Positions 8,670 to 17,297 are shown, counted from the stretch's first letter. The stretch: DNA of 24,872 bases from a virus (IMGVR_UViG_2737471862_000008:1-24872), one strand, 5' to 3'. Numbers and translations: made by a program. Notes: generated by a model from the letters alone, not told the origin.

Positions 8670-9320
8670 TCAGCGGCTGTCATTGCGCAGTCTGCGCTCC
8701 AGCTGCTGTTTGTCTTTTTTCACGCCACAGCGGGGATCGAGCTGTAACGCATGGTTGAGATGATTAAGGGCGGAAGCCGGATTGCTTTCACTCAGGACAG
8801 CGCCAATCGCTTTATGCAGACGCGCCCGTGACTGGTCCGGCATATCCAGACCGTCTGTCAGCTCCAGCGTCTGCAGCAACAGATCGGCATTAAAGCCGGT
8901 GGCGGCAAGCATTGCGCTCTGCGCGGCGTCTGCCATTTCCTCTGCCAGCACGGTCTGCACGTTGCGGTTACCCAGCGGCATCACCCAGCCATGACGCAGG
9001 GCATGACGCCCGATCTCCAGCGCCCCGGCATAATCTCCGGCATCAATGCGCCACAGCATCACGTACATCAGCACGTCATCCTGTTGAGCGCCTCCGGCAG
9101 CCAGGACACCCTCTGCCCAGGCGGCGTACTTCGGCAGCAGCTCCACCTTGATTTCCGCTTTTTTGACCGTGGACTGAACGCCCTTGAGACGGCGGCGGTC
9201 TTCCGCCAGTTGCAGCAGCATCAGGTCATAGCCCGATGCGTGGCGAACACTGCCGCCCTCGCGGGCGGCCTGTTCAGCCTGAACGCGCAGGCGATGCTGC
9301 CGTGCGGGACTCAGGCTCAT
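8670..9320 (-). CDS. M: Terminase small (endonuclease) subunit M
   Basis: 216-aa ORF directly after N in the P2 order O-N-M-L. Confidence 0.78.
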   Translation of the reverse strand: MSLSPARQHRLRVQAEQAAREGGSVRHASGYDLMLLQLAEDRRRLKGVQSTVKKAEIKVELLPKYAAWAEGVLAAGGAQQDDVLMYVMLWRIDAGDYAGALEIGRHALRHGWVMPLGNRNVQTVLAEEMADAAQSAMLAATGFNADLLLQTLELTDGLDMPDQSRARLHKAIGAVLSESNPASALNHLNHALQLDPRCGVKKDKQQLERRLRNDSR

Positions 9321-9323
9321 GGA

Positions 9324-10382
9324 TTACTCTCCGGTTTCTGCTGCGGCGGCGCTGAAATCGCCAATCTGGATGTTTTCCACCAGTGCGGCGCAGCGGTAGT
9401 CCTCAACCACATAGGCTTCGTTAACGGATTCAAAGTTTTCAATCCGGTCACGTTTCGGGTTGTCGATAACTGAACGGCGGCGGGTGTCTTCCTGCCAGTA
9501 GATGGACAGGTTATCCAGACGGGTGATCAGCAGCGCATTCGGCGGGAAGAACGGCGCACGCACGGCCTGCAGGCCTCCCATGCGTTTCTGACTGATGATC
9601 ATATCGGCAGCCAGTTTTTCACTGTTTTCCTGCTCTTTGTTAACCAGCGGGAAATACTTGTCAGACAGCAGTTCACGCCCGCAAATCACCACCAGATCGT
9701 CATCGTCCTGGTAGACCACGTCGATAAGCTCATTGACGGCATCCATCACCACGGCGTCCAGGTTGGCATATTCGCCACCTTTCCCGACTTTCACCGCACC
9801 CGGTGTGGTTTCACCGCCCGTGGTGGTGCTGCCCATGACGTGATCCGGTGCATCCTCACGGATTTTCTGCAGCCAGCCTTTATTCACATCCTGCAGTAGC
9901 GGGTTTTCGCTACGGTTGGAGGTTTTCGCACGCTTCACGCCGTTAAAGCCGATCATGATGCGGTCCAGTGCCTGACGTTTCACGATGGCGTCACGGATAC
10001 GCACCTGAAAATCCTGAAACTTCGCCCACAGGTCCAGCTTCGCGTAGGTCAGTACCGTGTCAAAGTTGGTCTGCTCGCATTTGTATTCCACATCGACCAT
10101 CAGCGTCGGATCGACAGGTTCACGCTCTTTCGCGGTGGTATCAGTGGTTCCGGCAATGGTGCTGCCAACTCCCAACCCCAGCAGCTGACCGGACTGCTCA
10201 GTCACTGGCGTGACGTTAATCAGCGTCAGGAAAGCGGCGGACTGCTGGATCTGGTCTTCCAATGTCTGCTGCACGGACGGCTCTACGGTGAACTTGCTGG
10301 ACAGTTCTTCAACTGCCACACCGTTCAGACGCGCCAGTTGCTGCAGGTAAGCGTTAAAAGCAAAGCGGGTATTCTTCTTCAT
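9324..10382 (-). CDS. N: Major capsid protein N
   Basis: 352 aa (P2 gpN is about 357 aa), with a conserved MKKNTRFAFNAYLQQLARLNGV start. Confidence 0.9.
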   Translation of the reverse strand: MKKNTRFAFNAYLQQLARLNGVAVEELSSKFTVEPSVQQTLEDQIQQSAAFLTLINVTPVTEQSGQLLGLGVGSTIAGTTDTTAKEREPVDPTLMVDVEYKCEQTNFDTVLTYAKLDLWAKFQDFQVRIRDAIVKRQALDRIMIGFNGVKRAKTSNRSENPLLQDVNKGWLQKIREDAPDHVMGSTTTGGETTPGAVKVGKGGEYANLDAVVMDAVNELIDVVYQDDDDLVVICGRELLSDKYFPLVNKEQENSEKLAADMIISQKRMGGLQAVRAPFFPPNALLITRLDNLSIYWQEDTRRRSVIDNPKRDRIENFESVNEAYVVEDYRCAALVENIQIGDFSAAAAETGE

Positions 10383-10398
10383 CAGGTTTTGTGCTCCA

Positions 10399-11232
10399 TC
10401 AGCAATTGGTCAGAGTGTCAGCGGGGGCGTTACCGCCTGTTGCACGCTGGCGGTAGTCCTGGCGGCTGTCTTCATGGCTCAGCTTGTCCACCAGTTCCTT
10501 AAAGGCGGTCTGCTGTGCCTGCAGGGCAGTCTCCAGCTCAGACAGGCGTTCTTCCTGCTCAGACAGGGATTTTTCGGCGCGCGCACTCAGGTTCTGCTGC
10601 TCAGTGGCGACCAGTTCCACGGCCTTATGCACATCAGAGAACCGGGCGTCATCGGACTGCTCTTTTTTGGTGAACAGCGCCGTGACACGGGCAAACAGGG
10701 ACGGTTTGTCATCCTGGATTTCTTCCAGTTCGATCACCGTTTCCTCTGCAGCGGTAAAAAGATTGGCGGGATTCTGCTTGCGGTTTGCCAGCGGGTTATG
10801 GGCTGCACTGGCGCTGAATGTCAGCATTTCAGTGCCCAGACTGGCAGGGTCATCAGTGGCAGCCAGGCCGACCAGGTAGGCTTTGCCCGTATCAGCAAAC
10901 TTCGGGCTGACTTCCATAGAGGTGAATAATTTCTGGCCTTTTTTCACCAGTTCCACCAGGGACTCCGTTGGCTCGACGTCGGCATACAGCGCCATCTTGC
11001 CTGCCAGCGGACCTTCCGTGATTTCTTCAGCAAACAGCGCAGTCACCTTGCCGTAGCGGTTAAAGGTGCTGTCCGGCAGATAAGACTTGATGTGCTCAAG
11101 GTTAATCAGCGCGGTATACACCGCCGGGTTGTAGCTGGCTGCCATCTGTTCCAGCCATTCACGCTGGATTTCGCGTCCGTCGGTGGTGGCACCTTCCACC
11201 CCGATGCGAAAACGCTTTGCTTTCACTGTCAT
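10399..11232 (-). CDS. O: Capsid scaffolding protein O
   Basis: 277 aa with FRIGVEG..DGR..INLEH and YLVGLA(A/V)TDDPASLGTE motifs recognisable as P2 gpO. Divergent from P. Confidence 0.9.
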   Translation of the reverse strand: MTVKAKRFRIGVEGATTDGREIQREWLEQMAASYNPAVYTALINLEHIKSYLPDSTFNRYGKVTALFAEEITEGPLAGKMALYADVEPTESLVELVKKGQKLFTSMEVSPKFADTGKAYLVGLAATDDPASLGTEMLTFSASAAHNPLANRKQNPANLFTAAEETVIELEEIQDDKPSLFARVTALFTKKEQSDDARFSDVHKAVELVATEQQNLSARAEKSLSEQEERLSELETALQAQQTAFKELVDKLSHEDSRQDYRQRATGGNAPADTLTNC

Positions 11233-11310
11233 GAGCCGTGCTCCGTTAGAAAAAACTTACTGGAGCCTTATGGTTGCGGTGATGGGGGCAGTGAAACAAT
11301 GCGCGGTATT

Positions 11311-11328
11311 TGTACCGACAACCACACA
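11311..11328. promoter_or_regulatory. TGT-N12-ACA dyad; candidate Ogr/B-type late-activator site for the late promoter reading into O
   Basis: TGTACCGACAACCACACA lies in the 142-bp P-O intergenic region, centred about 87 nt upstream of the O start codon. That is compatible with a dyad at about -55 and a ~30-nt leader. P2 late promoters are known to carry this dyad. Confidence 0.4.
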
Positions 11329-11374
11329 AACCGCAGGCGGGGAAAGCCTTCATTCAAGGCTGTAGGTTTGTGCC

Positions 11375-13141
11375 ATGAACACCACACTGACACCCACAGA
11401 TCTCGATCCCCGTCGGCAGGCCATGCTGCTGTACTTTCAGGGATACCGCGTCGCCCGCATTGCTGAAATGCTGGGCGAGAAAGTTGCAACCGTTCACAGC
11501 TGGAAAAAACGCGACAAGTGGGGTGACTATGGGCCGCTGGATCAGATGCAGCTCACCACCGCCGCACGCTACTGCCAGCTCATTATGAAGGAGCACAAAG
11601 AAGGGAAAGATTTCAAAGAAATTGACCTGCTGGCACGCCAGTCTGAGCGCCACGCGCGGATCGGCAAGTTTAACAATGGCGGCAATGAAGCCGACTTAAA
11701 CCCTAACGTTGCCAACCGCAACAAAGGCCCACGTCGTCAGCCGGAAAAGAATGTTTTCACCGATGAACAGATTGAGAAACTGGAAGAAATCTTCCATTCC
11801 TCCATGTTCAACTACCAGCGCCACTGGTGGGAAGCCGGAAAAACCAACCGCATCCGCAACCTGCTGAAGTCACGCCAGATCGGCGCGACCTTTTACTTTG
11901 CCCGTGAAGCCCTGATTGACGCCCTGCTGACCGGACGTAACCAGATTTTCCTTTCCGCCAGCAAGGCACAGGCCCACGTCTTTAAGCAGTACATCATCGA
12001 CTTCGCCAAAGAAGTGGAAGTGGAGCTGAAAGGCGATCCGATGGTGCTTCCCAACGGGGCCACGCTTTACTTCCTCGGCACCAATGCCCGCACGGCCCAG
12101 AGTTACCACGGCAACCTGTATCTGGATGAATATTTCTGGATACCGAAATTCCAGGAGCTGCGCAAAGTGGCTTCCGGTATGGCTATTCACAAAAAATGGC
12201 GACAAACCTATTTTTCCACGCCATCCAGCCTGACACACAGTGCTTATCCGTTCTGGTCCGGTGCGCTGTTTAACCGTGGGCGCAACAAAGCCGATAAGGT
12301 GGACATCGACCTGTCCCACAACAATCTGGCCCCCGGCTTGCTGTGCGCAGACGGGCAATACCGCCAGATAGTCACCGTGGAAGATGCGGTGCGCGGCGGC
12401 TGTAACCTGTTCGACCTCGACCAGCTACGCATGGAGTACAGCCCGGACGAATATCAGAACCTGCTGATGTGCGAGTTCGTGGACGATCTCGCGTCCGTGT
12501 TCCCGCTCAGCGAACTGCAGGCGTGCATGGTGGACAGTTGGGAAGTCTGGACCGACTTTCATGCACTGGCCCTGCGCCCGTTTGGCTGGCGCGAGGTGTG
12601 GATCGGTTATGACCCGGCAAAAGGTACGCAGAACGGCGACAGCGCCGGATGCGTGGTGGTGGCACCGCCAGCCGTGCCAGGCGGTAAGTTTCGCATTCTT
12701 GAGCGCCACCAGTGGCGCGGGATGGACTTCCGCGCCCAGGCTGATGCAATCAAAAAACTGACCGAGCAGTACAACGTGACCTATATCGGCATCGACTCGA
12801 CAGGCGTCGGTCACGGGGTTTATGAGAACGTGAAAGCGTTCTTTCCTGCCGTCCGGGAGTTTGTCTACAACCCCAACGTTAAAAACGCTCTGGTACTCAA
12901 GGCCTACGACATTATCAGCCACCGCCGTCTGGAGTTTGACGCCGGACACACCGACATAGCGCAGTCATTTATGGCAATCCGTCGCGCCACCACCGCCAGT
13001 GGCAACCGCCCGACCTATGAAGCCAGCCGCAGCGAAGAAGCCAGCCACGCCGATCTGGCCTGGGCAACGATGCACGCACTGTTTAACGAACCGCTGCAGG
13101 GCGAATCCGCCAATACCAGCAATATTGTGGAGATTTTTTGA
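11375..13141 (+). CDS. P: Terminase large (ATPase) subunit P
   Basis: 588 aa (P2 gpP is about 590 aa). Divergent from O; stop overlaps the Q start. Confidence 0.92.
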   Translation: MNTTLTPTDLDPRRQAMLLYFQGYRVARIAEMLGEKVATVHSWKKRDKWGDYGPLDQMQLTTAARYCQLIMKEHKEGKDFKEIDLLARQSERHARIGKFNNGGNEADLNPNVANRNKGPRRQPEKNVFTDEQIEKLEEIFHSSMFNYQRHWWEAGKTNRIRNLLKSRQIGATFYFAREALIDALLTGRNQIFLSASKAQAHVFKQYIIDFAKEVEVELKGDPMVLPNGATLYFLGTNARTAQSYHGNLYLDEYFWIPKFQELRKVASGMAIHKKWRQTYFSTPSSLTHSAYPFWSGALFNRGRNKADKVDIDLSHNNLAPGLLCADGQYRQIVTVEDAVRGGCNLFDLDQLRMEYSPDEYQNLLMCEFVDDLASVFPLSELQACMVDSWEVWTDFHALALRPFGWREVWIGYDPAKGTQNGDSAGCVVVAPPAVPGGKFRILERHQWRGMDFRAQADAIKKLTEQYNVTYIGIDSTGVGHGVYENVKAFFPAVREFVYNPNVKNALVLKAYDIISHRRLEFDAGHTDIAQSFMAIRRATTASGNRPTYEASRSEEASHADLAWATMHALFNEPLQGESANTSNIVEIF

Positions 13142-14178
13142 TGGGAAAGAGTAAGAAAAACCGCGCTGCGGCGACGAACCAGATTCAGCATAAAAGCCAG
13201 ACTTCAGCCGAAGCATTCAGCTTTGGCGATCCCGTTCCTGTTCTGGACCGCCGAGAATTACTGGACTATGTGGAATGCGTACAGATGGACCGTTGGTATG
13301 AGCCGCCCGTCAGCTTTGACGGACTGGCGCGCACCTTCCGCGCTGCCGTGCATCACAGTTCCCCGATTGCAGTAAAGTGCAACATTCTGACCAGTACCTA
13401 TATCCCTCATCCTCTGCTCAGCCAGCAAGCTTTTTCACGTTTTGTGCAGGACTATCTGGTATTTGGTAACGCCTACCTGGAGAAACGCACGAACCGCTTC
13501 GGTGAAGTTATCGCCCTTGAGCCTGCACTGGCAAAATACATCCGACGCGGGTTAGACCTGGATACCTACTGGTTTGTGCAATACAGTATGACAACCCAGC
13601 CGTATCAGTTCACGAAAGGCAGCATTTTTCATCTGATGGAACCGGACATTAACCAGGAGATCTACGGCCTGCCCGGTTATCTTTCTGCCATTCCGTCAGC
13701 TCTGCTCAACGAGTCCGCCACGCTGTTCCGCCGCAAGTATTACATTAACGGCAGTCATGCAGGCTTCATCATGTACATGACCGATGCCGCGCAGAACCAG
13801 GAAGATGTGAACAACCTCCGCAATGCGATGAAAAGCGCCAAAGGTCCGGGTAACTTCCGCAATCTGTTTATGTACTCGCCTAATGGTAAAAAAGACGGAC
13901 TTCAGATTATCCCATTGTCAGAAGTCGCAGCGAAGGATGAATTTCTGAACATCAAGAACGTCAGCCGTGATGACATGATGGCAGCGCATCGTGTGCCACC
14001 ACAAATGATGGGAATAATGCCTAGCAATGTTGGGGGGTTTGGGGATGTGGAGAAGGCTAGTCTTGTATTTGTTCGCAATGAATTGATGCCACTACAGAAG
14101 CGACTACATGAACTAAACGAATGGGTGGGTGCAGAAGTAATACGTTTTGATGACTATGTTTTAGGTGTTCAGGAATAA
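13141..14178 (+). CDS. Q: Portal (capsid vertex) protein Q
   Basis: Track ORF starts at a TTG at 13138; the ATG at 13141 follows GGAG and overlaps the P stop (TGATG). About 345 aa, as P2 gpQ. Confidence 0.9.
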   Translation: MGKSKKNRAAATNQIQHKSQTSAEAFSFGDPVPVLDRRELLDYVECVQMDRWYEPPVSFDGLARTFRAAVHHSSPIAVKCNILTSTYIPHPLLSQQAFSRFVQDYLVFGNAYLEKRTNRFGEVIALEPALAKYIRRGLDLDTYWFVQYSMTTQPYQFTKGSIFHLMEPDINQEIYGLPGYLSAIPSALLNESATLFRRKYYINGSHAGFIMYMTDAAQNQEDVNNLRNAMKSAKGPGNFRNLFMYSPNGKKDGLQIIPLSEVAAKDEFLNIKNVSRDDMMAAHRVPPQMMGIMPSNVGGFGDVEKASLVFVRNELMPLQKRLHELNEWVGAEVIRFDDYVLGVQE

Positions 14179-14181
14179 AAG

Positions 14182-14209
14182 AAAAGGCGCTAATCTCAGC
14201 GCCTTTTAT
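14182..14209. terminator. Bidirectional rho-independent terminator between convergent Q and the cargo operon
   Basis: AAAAGAAAA-GGCGC-TAATCTCA-GCGCC-TTTTAT: a stem-loop flanked by an A-tract and a T-tract, in the 46-bp gap between two convergent stop codons. Confidence 0.55.
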
Positions 14210-14224
14210 CTAACTAACCATATA

Positions 14225-14563
14225 TTAACAAACAGCGTATAAACCATCAAATCCAACGGAATGAACCTTTTTTGATGCTACTTCATTGCTACGGCGTTGG
14301 ATCACTTTTGCAATACTTTTTAAAATTGAAGGGGATGCATTGCGAACCTTAACCTGACTCAAAACTTTGGTTACACCGAATTTCACTACCAAAACACCAA
14401 AGATTTCATCAGAGTATGATTCTGAAATTGAATAAACACCGCTCAGGTCTAAATCTACGGTATACCCTTCTTTAATGAACCCTTCAATCTTGTGTCGTTG
14501 GGGGATAGCCTGATTGCGCGAAGCCAGGTCACCCTCGGGTAACTTGTATGCGATTTTGTTCAT
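14225..14563 (-). CDS. Small STAS-like (anti-sigma-antagonist-like) protein; second gene of a two-gene cargo operon
   Basis: 112 aa. Start overlaps the upstream gene's stop (TAATG) and follows GGAGGAG. The motif VDLDLSGVYSISESYSDEIFGVLVV resembles the STAS/DUF4325-type hLDhsGV..hssSFaDEhfG core. Recalled similarity, not computed. Confidence 0.5.
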   Translation of the reverse strand: MNKIAYKLPEGDLASRNQAIPQRHKIEGFIKEGYTVDLDLSGVYSISESYSDEIFGVLVVKFGVTKVLSQVKVRNASPSILKSIAKVIQRRSNEVASKKVHSVGFDGLYAVC

Positions 14564-15537
14564 TACTCTCCTCCTAACGCCCGCATTATTTCCATAAGCT
14601 GAGGGTCATTTTCTTCGCTATCTTTATCGACTGCCAGTTCATGAATCTTAAAACGGCAAGAAATTGCTACACCCGGCCATTCAGTACGTAATTCAGTATA
14701 GCTCACTTCATCACCTATTGCTTCTAAGCATACATTTCCTGAAGCCAGTTGCAATTCCCCATTATATGTTTTTATCAATTTCATCAAGTGATATAACCCA
14801 AGCCCTTGATGATTATTATCTTTTTCTTTGACCGAAACCCCGTGACCAAACACACTACCCCCAATAAAATCCTGGGGAAGTTGCTGTGCCCAATCATCCT
14901 GCAAATCAGCATGCTTAGATGAATGTCCCTCTTGAATACACCATGCGATCGCATCCTGGTGAGTCTCAATTCCGGGTATACCAGCTCGCCGCAATTCTCG
15001 GAGAAATCCTAACCCACAGTCCGCCAAAGAAAATTCTAAATAGTGCTCTTTTCTTTGTGTGTGGGGTACAGCCGAACGTTGTGCAAAAGAAAAACCCGTT
15101 GATTTTCCATGCGACCAAACGTTATCGTGAAGCTCACCTATAACATGTGTTAGATCTGTAAGTCCCTTGGGATAATCTCTCGGATCACGATCAGGGAATG
15201 TTAACTGCCTTACACAACTGTTAATACTACCAGTGGCAACGTCAACAGCTTCAACATTGGTTAATGCTGTAACCAAACTGTAATTTCTCCCAACATTTAC
15301 ACGTTCCTGTTGATACTGATCCTCGCCCCATAAAGCACCATGTAAATTGATAGCCCGCATATAGTCAGGGCATGACAAAACGCAGTTATCTTCGGTAATT
15401 TTGTGATGATTCACGTAAGCTGCTAAGACAGTGATAAAACCAGGATGCCAATGGTTGTTTGGCAATTGCAATTCATTAGTTTCCTTTTGATGAAACGCAG
15501 CGGTATGCACAATAGCGTCTTTTAATCCTAACCCCAT
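14563..15537 (-). CDS. GHKL-type (histidine-kinase/anti-sigma-kinase-like) ATPase with an N-terminal domain of unknown function
   Basis: 324 aa. Bergerat-fold motifs are visible: N-box GELHDNVWSHG, G1 box LADCGLGF, G2 box HQGLGLYHL. The first ~130 aa have no recognisable motif. Lower GC than the phage backbone. Confidence 0.6.
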   Translation of the reverse strand: MGLGLKDAIVHTAAFHQKETNELQLPNNHWHPGFITVLAAYVNHHKITEDNCVLSCPDYMRAINLHGALWGEDQYQQERVNVGRNYSLVTALTNVEAVDVATGSINSCVRQLTFPDRDPRDYPKGLTDLTHVIGELHDNVWSHGKSTGFSFAQRSAVPHTQRKEHYLEFSLADCGLGFLRELRRAGIPGIETHQDAIAWCIQEGHSSKHADLQDDWAQQLPQDFIGGSVFGHGVSVKEKDNNHQGLGLYHLMKLIKTYNGELQLASGNVCLEAIGDEVSYTELRTEWPGVAISCRFKIHELAVDKDSEENDPQLMEIMRALGGE

Positions 15538-15566
15538 GAACCGAACCTTTTTTATGCATTTTTCTT

Positions 15567-15595
15567 ATCATATAACTTAGGACTGATCAGCGCAA
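15567..15595 (-). promoter_or_regulatory. Candidate sigma70 promoter of the GHKL/STAS operon
   Basis: On the minus strand: TTGCGC, 17 nt, TATGAT, about 30 nt upstream of the ATG at 15537. Prediction by eye only. Confidence 0.3.
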
Positions 15596-15649
15596 AGATC
15601 CCGACACTCTTGAATCATACTAAATTAAGGCCTATACCACACAGCGCGC

Positions 15650-15672
15650 GCTCGTATCCCCGCCACGCCTGC
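15650..15672. other. cos-like sequence (candidate cohesive-end site of the phage genome)
   Basis: The minus-strand reading of 15658..15669 is GGCGTGGCGGGG. That equals the first 12 nt of the 19-nt cohesive end I recall for phage 186 (GGCGTGGCGGGGAAAGCAT); P2 has GGCGAGGCGGGG. The match decays after 12 nt. It sits in a GC-rich island between two AT-rich cargo modules. Confidence 0.4.
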
Positions 15673-15711
15673 CCGCTTTATGTAGCGGTTTTCATGCGCC
15701 TGCATGACATA

Positions 15712-15738
15712 AGCAAAATCCCGCCACTCCTGGCGGGC
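15712..15738 (-). terminator. Putative rho-independent terminator of the membrane-protein cassette
   Basis: Hairpin CCCGCCA-CTCC-TGGCGGG, followed on the minus strand by ATTTTGCTT, about 90 nt downstream of the 15830 stop. Confidence 0.4.
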
Positions 15739-15829
15739 CTCAGCTAAAACGATCCTCAAACGATCATGCGGATTCATGCGGCATAGACATGCACAATCTC
15801 CAAAGCGGGCATCGAGACTTTTTGGAAAC

Positions 15830-16441
15830 CTACGTAACCACAGTTAATGTGTGCATCCTGTCTCGAATTGCATCACACGTCTCATCAAAAAGCTTGGTGA
15901 TGGTTGTATGGTTCAACTCCGCCTCTTTCCAATAATTTTGCCCGTCAAATTCTGGATCGCTATGCTTAAACGATATTGACTCTGAAAGGCATTCCTTCCG
16001 GAAACGGTCCAAGATTATATAAACCTCTGGTGAGATGAACGGTTTGTTAGATTCAACACTTGTAACAAAAGTGTTAAATGCATCAGAAAAAACTTTCAAC
16101 CTTCTAAATTTTCTCTCTTCAAATGGTTCGTTGGGGTCAACATGATCCAGCGCAGGCCTCAGCTTAAGCACGCTTTCTCTGGTTTCAAACATCGAATTCC
16201 AAATGAGACTATATGCTGATAACTCCTTATCAAAATACGCTTTCGTTACATAAACAGAATTGTCTAACTTAGCCTTTATTCTTTCATTAGTTGCACTCAG
16301 TTGTGATTGAAATTCAGCAATATCTTTGTTTAGCCGCGACTTATATCTTTCTAAATAAACTTTCCCGATCCAAACAAATATGCCAGATGCAACAAAAGAC
16401 ACCCCACCCAACGAAGCCAGAACTTTAAAGACTAAATCCAT
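15830..16441 (-). CDS. Membrane-anchored protein of unknown function (single N-terminal TM helix plus ~175-aa soluble domain); single-gene cargo cassette
   Basis: 203 aa. N-terminal hydrophobic helix VLASLGGVSFVASGIFVWIG, then a charged coiled-coil-like region. RBS GGTGGGGG precedes the ATG. AT-rich. Lies where P2-family phages carry variable genes (tin/old position). Confidence 0.55.
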   Translation of the reverse strand: MDLVFKVLASLGGVSFVASGIFVWIGKVYLERYKSRLNKDIAEFQSQLSATNERIKAKLDNSVYVTKAYFDKELSAYSLIWNSMFETRESVLKLRPALDHVDPNEPFEERKFRRLKVFSDAFNTFVTSVESNKPFISPEVYIILDRFRKECLSESISFKHSDPEFDGQNYWKEAELNHTTITKLFDETCDAIRDRMHTLTVVT

Positions 16442-16470
16442 TGCGCCCCCACCTGCAAAAATAGTATTCC

Positions 16471-16497
16471 ATTATAAGCTAATACATTTTTAATCAA
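16471..16497 (-). promoter_or_regulatory. Candidate sigma70 promoter of the membrane-protein cassette
   Basis: On the minus strand: TTGATT, 15 nt, TATAAT, about 30 nt upstream of the ATG at 16441. Spacer is short; by-eye prediction. Confidence 0.3.
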
Positions 16498-16705
16498 ACA
16501 GGGGATAATTCGCGTCAACCTCATCACTTCTCTGCTCTACCCTAGTGACTTCCATCAAAAACCCCAGGCCGTCATATAGCGAAACGGGGAATTCCAGCTC
16601 AAGCCAGAAGCAGTCTTCATAGATGCGGCCCAACCAAAAACCTCCGCCACACTCCTTTGGGCGTTGAAAGAAAACCCAGTCGCCAAGGGTTAAACGTTCC
16701 AGCAC
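16490..16705 (-). CDS. Hypothetical small protein (possibly a gene remnant)
   Basis: 71-aa ORF with no recognisable motif and an uncertain start. Its 3' end overlaps the predicted promoter of the next cassette. Confidence 0.25.
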   Translation of the reverse strand: MLERLTLGDWVFFQRPKECGGGFWLGRIYEDCFWLELEFPVSLYDGLGFLMEVTRVEQRSDEVDANYPLFD

Positions 16706-16823
16706 CTAGCCCCGATAAATAATCTGGTGATTACTGTCTTTTTTACCCATGGCTAACGCCTCGCTACTCTCGTTGTTCAACCTTGCTGACGTCAGATTCA
16801 AGTTCTTACATCAGGAACGTTCC

Positions 16824-17057
16824 TTAGTGCAGCCAGCTGTCGTCTTCCCAAACCTGTTGCATAATTTCCATCACCCGCTTTTTGTCTTCATCAAGCTTTA
16901 AGCCACTCAGCTCAACGCCGTTTGCCGACCCTTTACGGATGCGGATAGCGGTCTTGGGATAGATGGGTTGCAGGTTGCGGTAAAGCTCGGACTCCAGAGC
17001 GTCCAGGGTAGACTGGCTAATCTTCTGCTCTTTATCGATCATTATTTCAATGCGCAT
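16824..17057 (-). CDS. DinI-family protein (DinI / Tum C-terminal-domain-like)
   Basis: Track ORF trimmed to MRIEIMIDKEQ...: 77 aa. Alignable by eye with E. coli DinI (MRIEVTIAK...IDAL.GEL.RR.Q..FP......VR........V.G..K.DK.R...ILQETWE..D.W). Confidence 0.75.
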   Translation of the reverse strand: MRIEIMIDKEQKISQSTLDALESELYRNLQPIYPKTAIRIRKGSANGVELSGLKLDEDKKRVMEIMQQVWEDDSWLH

Positions 17058-17067
17058 AAAAGTCACC

Positions 17068-17256
17068 TCAGCTGATGACATCCATTGAGCGGTTGTATTC
17101 GTGGCTTCTGATTTTTGCCATGAGTTCATCAGTCAATTCAGAAACCCACTGCAGGGCCAGCCCCTTCTCTTCATCACTACACTCACTAGCCGCTACAAGC
17201 TTAAGAAAAAAATCAATGCGCTGGAGCTTCAAAGACTCCAAAAAATAGTCCTGCAT
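17068..17256 (-). CDS. Small protein upstream of the DinI-like ORF; candidate N-terminal part of a Tum-like antirepressor
   Basis: Track ORF trimmed to MQDYFLESLKLQ... (62 aa), which follows a strong RBS AGGAGGAAAG. In a different frame from the DinI-like ORF. Downstream of a LexA box. Confidence 0.5.
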   Translation of the reverse strand: MQDYFLESLKLQRIDFFLKLVAASECSDEEKGLALQWVSELTDELMAKIRSHEYNRSMDVIS

Positions 17257-17297
17257 CTTTCCTCCTATGACACCGCAAACAATACTGTACAGATAAC

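Noticed and set aside
11870-12949. Minus-strand ORFs 11870..12358, 12425..12949 and 12507..12749 within terminase gene P
   Set aside because: Antisense to a well-supported, correctly sized terminase ORF; typical spurious frames in GC-rich DNA.
14784-15143. Short ORFs 14784..14969 (-) and 14919..15143 (+) inside the GHKL ATPase gene
   Set aside because: Embedded in or antisense to the longer ORF that carries the N, G1 and G2 boxes.
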